The translations under genes and the position numbers were made by a program. Positions 1-10,865 of a DNA stretch of 64,000 bases are shown here, in pieces. Below the pieces are notes generated by a model. The model searched no databases. It had not been told where the DNA came from and saw only the letters and a list, made by a program, of their open reading frames with translations. Numbering within the stretch: the first letter of the stretch is position 1; each line of letters starts with the position of its first letter. The stretch comes from Balanoglossus misakiensis (lineage: Eukaryota; Animalia; Hemichordata): contig CM082591.2 of NCBI GenBank assembly GCA_040954595.2, forward strand, positions 2,083,745 through 2,147,744. Direction: 5' to 3'.

Positions 1-2986
1 CGTGCCATTTCCGCCTGAAATCGTCAGAACCGGATTTTCATTGGAAGTTGCACAATAGTATCAGGGGGCTTTCCCTGTCGAACAGGAAGCGATTGGAAAA
101 ACAGGCCGAGAACATGCAAACTGTTGAAGGTGAGAATTCTTACATCGTGTATGTGCACCATGGTCAAATATTGTACGACTACCAAGATATTCAACAGGTT
201 GGACTAATAAAAAATCAACTTTTAAAGTTTATGCTCTGTTGCTATGGAGACCTTTCAAAATTACTGAAATTGCTCATTATTTTCCTGAACATTCAAATAG
301 ACACTGTACTATTCATTTATTTTTCGAAATGAAAAGTAATACATATTTCTTAATAATGATGTATTTGTTTTATTCAACAACTACATTTGTATAATTGTAA
401 CTGTTCATTTATACTTATATCCTCAGATCCATTCACAATTCCTGGGAATAATCTTCATGATGAGAAATTTCCATCCAGTGAGCCAGGAAGCAAATCAGTA
501 ACTCAAGGTGAGTCATGATCGAGATCTCAAGGTGGATGCATTTTCTCTGGTAGAAATACCACACACATTACAGTTCAAATCCTAACTATAACACTATTTA
601 TATTCCATGTACAGAAATAAGAAAGGATCATGATAGATTTATTCCGGAATCTCATTCCCATGACCCTCTGGAACAAGAACTAGGAAATATGGCTCAGCAG
701 TTTTCCAACGGAAGTCCAGGAAGTACATCTGGAGACAGAGAAGGAGAGCAGCCAAGGGATAGATTTCTGTCAGAGGATATTGAGGGAATATTGTCACCAA
801 TACAATCAGAAAACTTGGATGGAAGAGCAAGAAATTCAGGTAATGACCTTACATGTATTTTGCACCTTCATAAGCTGTCTCCACCTATAAGTGCATATAA
901 GTGCATATATATTACTATTCCGTCTCAGTTCGCACAAACACACCAGAGGTCATCCGCTGAAAGTTGACATAGGACACTGCAAACTGAACACTAGAAGAAA
1001 TTTTTTCACAAATAGGATAGCTGCAATCTGGAACAACCTACCAGCCCAAGTTGTCACCGCAAACTCTGTGAACACCTTCAAGAATCGTCTTGACATTTTT
1101 CTGGCAACACAGCCAATGAAATACAACTACTCCGAACCCTACATCATGCAAACCAGATCGGACAAAACTACCTCCACAATGGAATGATATGGAGCTGAAT
1201 ATAGAGGCTCACAAGCCTGCGTTCAGTACCTGCCTAACCTAACCTAACCTAACCTAACCTATAAAACTTGTTTGTATGGATGTACTTTACAGAGACACTT
1301 CATGAAGGGTTAGCAGACAAAACAGAAGATGGGCAGATGGCAGCAGATGCTGACAAAGTCAGTAGAAGTGAACAGATAACAACTGAAACAAGGCAGGCAG
1401 ATTCAGAACAGAAGAAACTCAAAGATGATAAACAGAACGACAATGACAATCAACATGGGAAATGTGACACTAGTACAAAAGGTACATGTGCAGGAGCATG
1501 GCAATCTGTTCCTTTCATTTCATTACAAAATATGTGGTCATCCGGATGGTTTTTGGCCCTGGGTTTGTCCAAAGTGACCCAGTTGGAAATTCCGTTTGGA
1601 GCTGTACTGTAAATTGTATCAAAAAGACACGTGCTGTCCTCACCTTCATTGTTTTCTATACCTCTCCTCCAGATGTGTCCAGTACTGATACAGTGCCCAG
1701 CTCCAATGGACTTGCTTCAATTGATCTGTTATCTGAATGCAGTGACACAGGTATTGATGACCACCTGACCTTTGTTGGCTGTAGCTTTTCATTTATTAGT
1801 TTCATTTGTGGAAGCAATAAAGTTAATTAACTGAGAATCAGTTGTAGATGATATGCTTTGAATTCTTTGAGGGTGAAATTAATAAGGTTATACAGTCATG
1901 GCCTAGCATCCATTTTGTCTTTACTGAACTCAGTCGGACAGATGGACAGATAGATGAGCATTGTGCATTTAACTGCCTGGTACCCCTGTTGAGAAGATGA
2001 TGTAACTGTCCTCCCCTTGACGTCAATCACAGAATATACCCTGCATCTTCAATCCTGTCATCTGATCTTCTATAAATTGGATGTAAGATTAAACCCTGCA
2101 GTCAAGGCAGGGCTAATTACATCCCCAGTACAAACTCTGTGATTTAAGAACACCAATTGTGATTGGCCGCAAGCAGGTGTCCGTTACATCAACTTTCTCA
2201 GCAGGGTATATACGTGGCCATTAGCTTGCATGTTGAGTGCACACCACTGCAGTTCTTGGCCGTCCATCACAAGAATCTTCTTTCTGTTCATTCCAGAATC
2301 TGCCCAGATGGCAGGCTTATCACTGGGTAACCAAGTAAATGACAGTCAAAGTAAGGCAATTCTGAAAATAACAGAAATCACAGTTAGCTAATTCTACAGT
2401 GTTTTACATATGTCATACGTTTCAATATCGTGACAAAGAGTCTTATTGCATTGAACCAATGTCTGCCACAAACTGTTTCTCATCAGTAATAATCTACCAA
2501 ATGATTAATCTTTTTATTGCTTTTCCTACCTTGTGAACAGGCAATTCTGCAAAAGTCCATGGAGAGACCTTACTGAGAAAACTGGAAGATTATGAGGGAA
2601 AACTTGATGCTGTCAGCGCAGCCGACCTAAGAACAGTATCCATGTCGCCCAATGAGTTCAGGGAGCACCAGAAATCTATGTCGAACCTCGGCAGAGACGG
2701 GCAAGACCTCATATGCCACATTCTGAAAACGTGCGCCACCACAGTTGGCGGTCTTCAACTCGACTCGGCAGTCGAACACGACATGTCGCATTTCCGGGAA
2801 TATCTGCTAAAAGAGAAGTACATATCCCCCAGTCTGGATCAAAAGCTGAAAAAGCTGAAATTTGAGGGAACGGCAAACAGTACTATGTCAGAGAATGTTA
2901 TTCAGGTTTCGAACAACGTCGTTGCCAGACTTTGTATCAGTGACTTGAAAAAGCTCATCCAAAAAGCATTTGAGACAAGTTCATGA
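1..2986 (+). CDS. 3' part of an unidentified multi-exon protein-coding gene (exons approx. <1-129, 427-507, 615-839, 1293-1481, 1673-1750, 2297-2350, 2541-2986)
   Basis: Canonical GT/AG sites with phase-1 junctions join one open frame (CHFRLKSSEPDFHWK...DPFTIPGNN...MAQQFSNG...NSAKVHGETLLRKLEDYEGK...LIQKAFETSS*). An AT-rich 3'UTR with AATAAA follows at ~3577 and ~3706. Protein family not recognised. Confidence 0.7.
891..1256 (+). mobile_element. 5'-truncated non-LTR retrotransposon (CR1/L2-like LINE 3' end) in an intron
   Basis: The ORF fragment TRGHPLK...RRNFFTNRIAAIWNNLPAQVVTANSVNTFKNRLD matches the typical CR1-group ORF2 C-terminus. It ends in a (CTAAC)n tail and is flanked by the 8-bp duplication ACCTATAA (883-890 and 1257-1264). 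Confidence 0.9.
1981..2208. mobile_element. Foldback/MITE-like element in an intron
   Basis: ~50-bp imperfect terminal inverted repeats (TACCCCTGTTGAGAAGATGATGTAAC...CAATCACA / TGTGATTGG...GTTACATCAACTTTCTCAGCAGGGTA), plus a central hairpin GGATGTAA..CCCTGC / GCAGGG..TTACATCC at ~2079-2123. Confidence 0.65.
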
Positions 2987-5900
2987 ATTTCAAATACATA
3001 TTCAGTTATTTTACCTTCTTTACGTTTGGGAAGATATGTTTCTGTATATTTTTGTAAGTTCTGTAAAATTGGGGTAGATAGATCAGAGGTGGCTTTTATT
3101 TTTTATAGCTGTGCATTATTTGGTAGGATTCGGTGAAAACTGCAATGTATTACAAATAGACATGTAATCTATGTAATTTATGCCAAACACAGAATGAATA
3201 TAGAGTCATTTACTTGTCAGAATTTAAGGAACAATCATTTATTTTTGCCATAACTAACATTTTGCATCCAGAATTTTTCCTTTCACCTTCCAATGCAGTA
3301 GAGTACACAAAAAAAACTTACATAAAGTTATTATTCATTCATTTGAAGGAAATTTATGCTTTGATTATATTATAGTCCTTACATTGGTATATTTAAATCA
3401 ACGTTTAGGAAAAGTCCTGAAATGGTTGTTAAAATATATTATGTAAATTTTTGCAACTTAGAGAATTTTAATGATCATGTGCTTTAAACAATCATAGGAT
3501 GCAATAATTTTATTTACACAGATCACTTTAACCCATGGACACTGCTTATATTTTTTAATGAAAGTAGTATTTCAGCAATAAATTATTTTTGAAGCCTAAT
3601 ATGTATAAAATTTACACCTTTAAAGATTATAATTTTATAGCGAAATTTTAATGTATATTTTGTTAATTGCAAAACATGGAATTGTAACGTATTTGATGAA
3701 ATAGAAATAAATAGTTTATTGATTCAATCCTTTAGTGAATTATTGTTTGAATTACTAACCACTGAATCCATTTAACCTGAACTTTGTATCTTGTACAAAG
3801 ATCTCGACTGACCTGTCCAAAGGTGAACAAATTGCAATGACCTGCGTCTTTTATCTTTATTGACTGTGGCGGCGCCCTGCATTCGTATGGACAGCAGACA
3901 GGCATGTAGACACATACAGAAAAACAGGATGGCAGGCAGTCAGAAATCTAAGAAAAGCACATAGACACGAGGATATAGTATCACGTGTACATCAGTGTAT
4001 ACCACACATGACAGCATACAATTTAAAATATCTGCTATTTCCTTTCATTTCTCTGAAAAACATTAGTTTGCAAGGTTTTGACGTCACCGAATATTAACCA
4101 TTAATGGCCATTATCTAGTTTAGAACAAATGCATTATATAAAACCAAATTGAAGTACTAAACGGTTTGGACATTGAATGCACTCACATGAATACAGTACA
4201 TCTTGTAGATGGATGAGTGAGGCCAGCTGTGTGATCTGTTCCAAGACAACTTCTCATTCAGATGAACTTTCATAATTTCTTGATTCTTTCCAGACACGCA
4301 TCAAGTAGGAGATCCATGTATATTCGTTGTAGTTCTCCTCTCGTCTTCAGCCAATGATACGCAGACAGAAGTGCACAAACAACATTTCCATTGTTTAAAT
4401 TTAATTCCCTGATGCTCGATTCAATTTTCCTCTTGCTCTTTTCCTTATCAGCCAGTGATAAAATCAGCGAATTCGATATGAGTTACATCAATGTCTTATC
4501 GGAATGGTAAGACATTGCTGATGTTCATCGTTTCATGCGACTTCTCAGTTCACCGTTGCTACGGGTTACGCATCAGTGCAGTGATTGTTTTACATTAGCA
4601 GCCAGCAATTAAATGCAGGACTCACTCAGGAAATCAAAAAAATCCATAGAAATTTCAGATCAACCATTTCATCATATGGAAAACCAAGAAAATATTGAAT
4701 TTCAGGTTAAAGAAACTAGGTTTTAGGCAATTTCCTATGTAGTTGCTCCAGAATTGTGAATAGGTTCAGAACATTATATTTTATATTGAACATTTAAATT
4801 TTAAACGTATTCCACACGTAAAGAAACAAATGCTCCCTCTTTCTCTACAAACATGACCTTATTTTTTTCTTCTGTAAATTACTGGTGCAATATACAGATT
4901 CATAATCACTGATGATTTGACATGGTACTGTGACTTCGTAAAATTCACATACATGTATATACATACATAAAAAGATAAATAACAGAATTACAGAATTTTT
5001 ATTGCATATACTCTATTCTATTTTACCCTGCTTACAACCGATTAAAATTTATATTGCTTGTAAGCAGTAGGGATGTTCGTTTAGAATGACTGGCACAGTG
5101 ACTGGGAACATTTGATTTGATGTTATTTTTCAGGGACGAAATCTCGTCATGTCCGCAATCAACAGCTACAAAGAGGGCGAGGTTTAATAGTGGTAGCGGT
5201 TCATACTTCACAGATCAAGTAACCGTGGCAACCCGGAAACGACACGGCGCTGGAAGTCAGCTCCAATCTAAAACCTATTGTGCTGGAACCGTTGCATAAA
5301 CTGTACACATTGAGAAATCGGAATACTGTGTAGGAAAAAAAATGGCTGGTTTTGCAATAACAAATTTTGGCTTCATAAATTTATTTCATATTGACATGCT
5401 AGTGCAATACTAAGTGAATATTTGCTTCATAAATTTATATTATATTTTATCGCGATGGAGTGTCTGAAAATGACAGTTTCATCACGTACAGCATTTTTTG
5501 ACAAATCACGTTTATTTTTTTTAACAAACTTAAGGAATTTACAATCAAAATACATTTACTGTCCAAAATCACTTTTTCATAATATAAATTTAATTATGCA
5601 ACTTGATACAAGGTTACATTGATTAGAACGCAAGAACACATTTCTGAAAAAAAGTTCACATCTGAGGTCAATAAACTGTCTTTGACAAAGGGGTTACAAA
5701 GTTGCTAAAATACACCAATAAGGTTTGATTTTTAAATACAAGGTCATAGGGGAGCAACTATACCTCATGCATAACACAATAATTTTTATGGATGGCTAAA
5801 CACACGTTTCACCAAGGCGTGCGTTGTTGCTACATCTGGCAGTGAGAAACAAACAATTCTATGTAAAAGATTTAACCAAAATCACCATATTAAGTGCTGC

Positions 5901-6860
5901 ACCTTCTTAAAAGGATGGCATTGCTACACACAGCCACAGTACTAATAAGTGCTATTGAATATTAAATAAGTGAGAATTTAAAATGTGATTCTGTGGCATC
6001 TATGTCACCAGTGGTCGAAGATATTTTACAGTTATCTGAGGCGAATTATTCCAGAAAATACTGCGATGTTCTTTTGATAACATGTATAAGCAGGTGGCGT
6101 TTGTCACATCAAGGGTATGGAACAGTCACACGCCCTGATCAAATACAGGAAACCACGATGAAATCATGTACTCAATTCACTCACCCACAACAATATTCAC
6201 TGACGGACAAAACCCACGTGATTTTATAGCAATCTTTTTATAAAGTTATTTTCATGTTATAACTACTAGAAATTTATGTTTTATGAATATGATAGAAATA
6301 GTAAAGGTCACTTGGCACATTTGCATTCAAAATTTGCATATTTCTCATTGACTGTTTATGCCAGTAGATTGAATCCGCCATCTTCCCTGCTTATCTAGTA
6401 TCTTAAACGCTTTAAAAAAATCACCTTGTGAAAAACACATAAAACTGATCAGACATAATAAAGCTCTGATAAATAAAAACTCACTGAGTTATTCTTCACA
6501 AACTCATTGCGTTATCTCATTGATCATTTGTTTCAAAAAAATAATACGCAATGATTTTTTTTTAAATTGCACATTTTAAACTTTGCTTTGATAATCAAAA
6601 TTGATGTCAACTGTTTTGTCGACATATTGGAGGACTGTCCTCCAACAGTCAAATTTAACGATTGGATGTCATAAAGAACTTGTAGAAGTACACCTTTTTG
6701 TTGACACTGACGTGACATAAAATTCGTCTTAAATTAAAGCAATACGGCAATCTATATTGCAACCAATTAAACAGACAATTAAACTGCTGGACGGACTATA
6801 TCTCAAAATACAACATTAAGGGAATAAGTAGAGGGCAGTTTAAATATTTTCGGGTCAACA

Positions 6861-7001
6861 TAACTCTGTAATAGATGGTTTAATCAGTCCATGGCGAGAT
6901 CACGCGAGACTTGGCTGTTCACCATAGAGAATGTTCTCCCGTATCCACGCGAGATCTCGTACTGTCTCGTTGAGGTCGGAAACTGGTCTATTACAGTGTT
7001 A
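6861..7001. mobile_element. Short palindromic MITE-like element (AATAGAC-end family)
   Basis: ~22-bp imperfect inverted ends (TAACTCTGTAATAGATGGTTT / AAACTGGTCTATTACAGTGTTA) and internal inverted CGAGAT..CGCGAG motifs. Related fragments lie at 9093-9141, 19094-19142 and ~20040-20112. Confidence 0.55.
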
Positions 7002-9557
7002 TATTAGAACAAAAAAGCAACGATATTAGGTAAATATACATGACTGCATTTCTAAATGAGAAACATTTCTGTAGCCTTGTAAATTACCACTCGTAGAACA
7101 CAATTGCACTCTGCTTTCTGTGGTTAGGTGATGAATTTCATGTCCTATACGTAATATTCTATAATGAAAAATATGTCTACTTTTATGGCAATGAAGCTTA
7201 TCAAATATTGGCAGCTCGGGAACTTCGGTAAATGTGGCATGAAGATATCCGGATTTAAGCACAATGGCGTTCGCGAGAAACCGTCACCTGTTCGTGACAT
7301 AATCAAAGTGATAATCATTTATATACGCTGGCTGGTTCAGGCTGTCTGGCGATTTCTTTGTTGAAAATCCAAAAACAGCTAAGCCACACTCTTGCATCAT
7401 TAAATGTTCAAGGCTTTATTTTGCATTCTTCTGCCAATCTGGCAAGGCATCAATGTGTCGTGCTATACAAATCTCAAATTGATCGTGAAATCCGGAGACA
7501 GGGTAAAAAACATCACTTGTTCCAGATGTTGCCAACTCCATGTAATCAAACGACCTCAATTTTCCAGTTAGCGAAACCTGCAAGTTGATATAGAAAACAA
7601 AACAAGTTAATAGTATAGGAAAGAATAGAAAAAGTAATTCTCCAAAGAGCAACGAAAGCAACAATCACACTACTTATTCACAATCACTACGACGCAAACA
7701 GTGGCCTCATAAATGATTTATGTATTTGAGATGACGACTGATAACTAATTTTAGGTTGCCATGGATTTTATTATATGCTGCGTAGCAACACAAGGGCAGG
7801 CGTGCTTTCACGATATTAAACTCCGCTTGTCGTTGTCCTTGTTGTTTTTGTATGTTGGTGACGATACAATTACAATTGAAGAACCCCGGATTTTTGTATC
7901 ATCGATTAGCCTTACTAAGTACCTGTTAGGTGTAAGTAGCAAGGCAAAATCAAGGGCAATATTGATGTCACAGGAAAAGTACACTTTTGAAAATTGCAAG
8001 GGCTAAGTTCTCATCGCATGCATGATACGCATGTACCGGCCTTGTGCCTGTGTTCAGCATATAAGCTAGCTGGAAGGCATTCGACAAAGACTAAAGTAAA
8101 TGTACAGTAAACATGACAACTGACCTTTCGCGTCACACGCAGCAATTATTTCTTAAAATTGACTTCAAATCACTACATATTGCCTTCTGGTGCATGGCAC
8201 TAAAGCAGTGGTACACAATAATACATTTGAAGAGCGAGCAGACAACACCAAATGGATAAATCCCATGATGAACACAGTACCGGGGGTATGTCGCTCGGCT
8301 GGGAGAATTTGACTCATCTGGTCGCATTTGCCAGTAACTATTTCCAATTGTTGGCCTTTCAGAACCCTCCCCAGATGGGAATTAGCTGAACTTTCAATCA
8401 TTCCCCTCTGTGAGTGACGACAATTACAGAACGTGTTTACTGCTAATCAGGTCTGCTCAGAGCAGATCAGAAAGGTGTAAGGGGTGGACCTTTTGATATC
8501 CTCGGGAGGGGGGTCTGCAAGATTGATGAGGTAATATTTTTTGTACCTGATCCACTGGTCAATTTTTCACTCTCTGATTTCTTGAAATTGTTCTTTGTGC
8601 TGTTCATTTGGAAAGGTTTATCTCACTTTCGTGCACCATCTGTTTTTCAAGCTTTCTCTGGCTGAAGTTATTTGCCTTGACATTTGCTGGGAATTTTCCC
8701 CTGAAAATCTTCCAGACCCTCGCCAGGAAATGAAGAAGTCCGCCCCTAACCATGAAAAAATTGCCAACCTGCACCTCTCCTGATGAAAATTAATAGGAAA
8801 ATGCATTCAACCGACGAGTTCAATCTACAGCATACAAAGAAAGGTTATCTTAACATGTATGTGTAGCCGCATTCTTGTGTATACTTAGCACGTAATTTAA
8901 TAGTTAGCGGGTATCTCACAGAAACCAGGCTATTTTTGGAAACACATAATCTTAGGCTGTGCGCGTTGTGTCGCCATCAAGCACTGAGATACCTGAGGCG
9001 AATGTATAATTCTGTATACACCTCTGTGATCTTTGAAGAGCCGTGTATGGTTTGACCTGCAACTGACGCTATGCGAACGCTCATGCTGATCGAATAGACC
9101 GTGTTCCGTACTCCACGGGACCACGGGAAATCTCGCGTGACATGGTAAAATATGCCTGCGAGTCAATCAGCAAAAATGGCGTATCTGAGTATTCAAAAGA
9201 ACGTTTGGTAGCGCTCTATTTTCGCGTTTGCCACTCGCTGAAAATCTGTGGATGGCTAGATTATTATCCAAATTATTAAGCCAGTCGTTTCTTACCAGCA
9301 TTATGTTTTATATTAATGAACATGATGAAAATGTGGGCAAATGTTATTATGTAACGGGATTAGAGTTAATTGTCTAGTCCAATATTTAGTAATTAAATCG
9401 TCTTTTCAAATTGAATGCATCGCAGAAACAGACTGGTAGTCCATATTTTAATTATGGCAAATATTGAGCTTGCGTATAATTATTAACTGGTATACACATA
9501 ATACCTAATAGACACTAATTAGTAAAGAGGGCGTTATGTAATATGCAACGACTCACC

Positions 9558-10739
9558 TTAAAGATAGGTATCAGGTCCCGGCATGGCTGCCAAAGGCCAC
9601 GCCATCTTCTTATCCCCTTTTGAGTCCCTGTCAAAATTTTTAGTCGGTGTACTTGATCGGTAGTTTCCGTTTCCGTTACTGGTTTCTATGATGCCCACGT
9701 GGTTTTTCTTGGCAAATCGCGATGTGGTCGTGATGGCATAGGTGTTGCTGCGATAACAACGCATGTTGGACATGCAGAAAACCTCCTTGCAGCCCCGACG
9801 GAAGTTCGAGTTGTAGCAAGAGTAGATGATGGGGTTGGAAACGCTTGATGCAAACGCGATCCACGTGACTGATATGTAAATAGTTGGGTTGACGTGCGTG
9901 GCCTGCGAGCATGCGTACCAGAGTTGCGCAATACAAAATGGCGCCCATGAGCAGAAGTAAGCGATGTTGACCATTGAGAGCATTTTAATAGTTTTGACTT
10001 TAGTCCTCGGGACTGTGTTCATAGTTCTTTGAAATGTCCTGCCTCCTACACCGACTGTCCATATGTACTTGTAGATTTTGATGTACACAATAAAAATTAT
10101 GACAACAGGGATGAGAAAGATGATGAGAAATATCAGAACTGTGTAGATTATTCCCCCTACTGTGTTTGGTATGAAAGTATTGCACAGCACGTTTCCATAG
10201 TAATGATCAGACGATGTAGCACCATAGAAGTAGAAAGTAGGGCAGGCGATGATGGCAGCGAAGATCCAGCTTCCTGTGATCATCTGTTTGGCCTTACTCC
10301 GTGTCACTTTAAAGCTCAGTGGGTAAATGATGGTGTAGAATCTATCGAAGGATATCGCGATCAAAACATACACCGTGGAGCCGGGCGTCAGAAGTTGGAG
10401 AAATCTCACCAACTTGCACATGAAGTCCCCGAAGACCCACTCGGCGGAGATGACCCTGGCTGCGATGAACGGCATGCAGAGGAAGGCGACTAGAAGGTCC
10501 GCCCACGCCAGTGACACTACGAAGTAGTTGGTCGTGCTTTGCATCCGTCGGCTGCGGTACACCACAATGCACACCAGCGTGTTGCCGAAAATGCATCCAA
10601 GCCACATGAGGGTCAGCGTGACGATCTCCAGAACGACGTTGGCGTTCGAGCGGTACGGGTCTGTCCACACAGCGGCGGTGGTGGCGTTGGCCGTAGGGAG
10701 CTCTGTTGTCAGCCCGTGGCCAGCTTCGGTTGACCCCAT
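9558..10739 (-). CDS. GPR19: Orphan class A GPCR GPR19 ortholog, 393 aa, single coding exon
   Basis: Seven hydrophobic segments with GN, LAxxD, DRF and NPIIY motifs. The C-terminal NFRRGCKEVFCMSNMRCYRSNTYAITTTSRFAKKNHVGI and the loop RTMNTVPRTKVKTIKM closely resemble vertebrate GPR19. A strong acceptor lies upstream (exon start 10937). Confidence 0.95.
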   Translation of the reverse strand: MGSTEAGHGLTTELPTANATTAAVWTDPYRSNANVVLEIVTLTLMWLGCIFGNTLVCIVVYRSRRMQSTTNYFVVSLAWADLLVAFLCMPFIAARVISAEWVFGDFMCKLVRFLQLLTPGSTVYVLIAISFDRFYTIIYPLSFKVTRSKAKQMITGSWIFAAIIACPTFYFYGATSSDHYYGNVLCNTFIPNTVGGIIYTVLIFLIIFLIPVVIIFIVYIKIYKYIWTVGVGGRTFQRTMNTVPRTKVKTIKMLSMVNIAYFCSWAPFCIAQLWYACSQATHVNPTIYISVTWIAFASSVSNPIIYSCYNSNFRRGCKEVFCMSNMRCYRSNTYAITTTSRFAKKNHVGIIETSNGNGNYRSSTPTKNFDRDSKGDKKMAWPLAAMPGPDTYL

Positions 10740-10865
10740 GATGTGTTATCATGGGGTGGCACCGGAGTTTAGGTTTTCCCACGCTAACCGATCACCGGGA
10801 AAATGAACTTGCCCCCGGTGAACCACAAGCCTACGCAACCCCAAGCAACACGTTACCTTCAAAAG

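Noticed and set aside
1234-1260. (CCTAA)n as an interstitial telomere or arthropod signature
   Set aside because: It is the 3' tail of a LINE, bounded by a target-site duplication.
4272-4482. ~70-codon open frame on the minus strand (LILSLADKEKSKRK...ERIKKL)
   Set aside because: No N-terminal ATG, no credible acceptor and no recognisable homology.
9676-10806. Several alternate-frame and antisense ORFs over GPR19
   Set aside because: Expected by-products of a GC-rich coding exon. Only the uAUG-initiated frame from 10752 is kept, as part of the hairpin finding.
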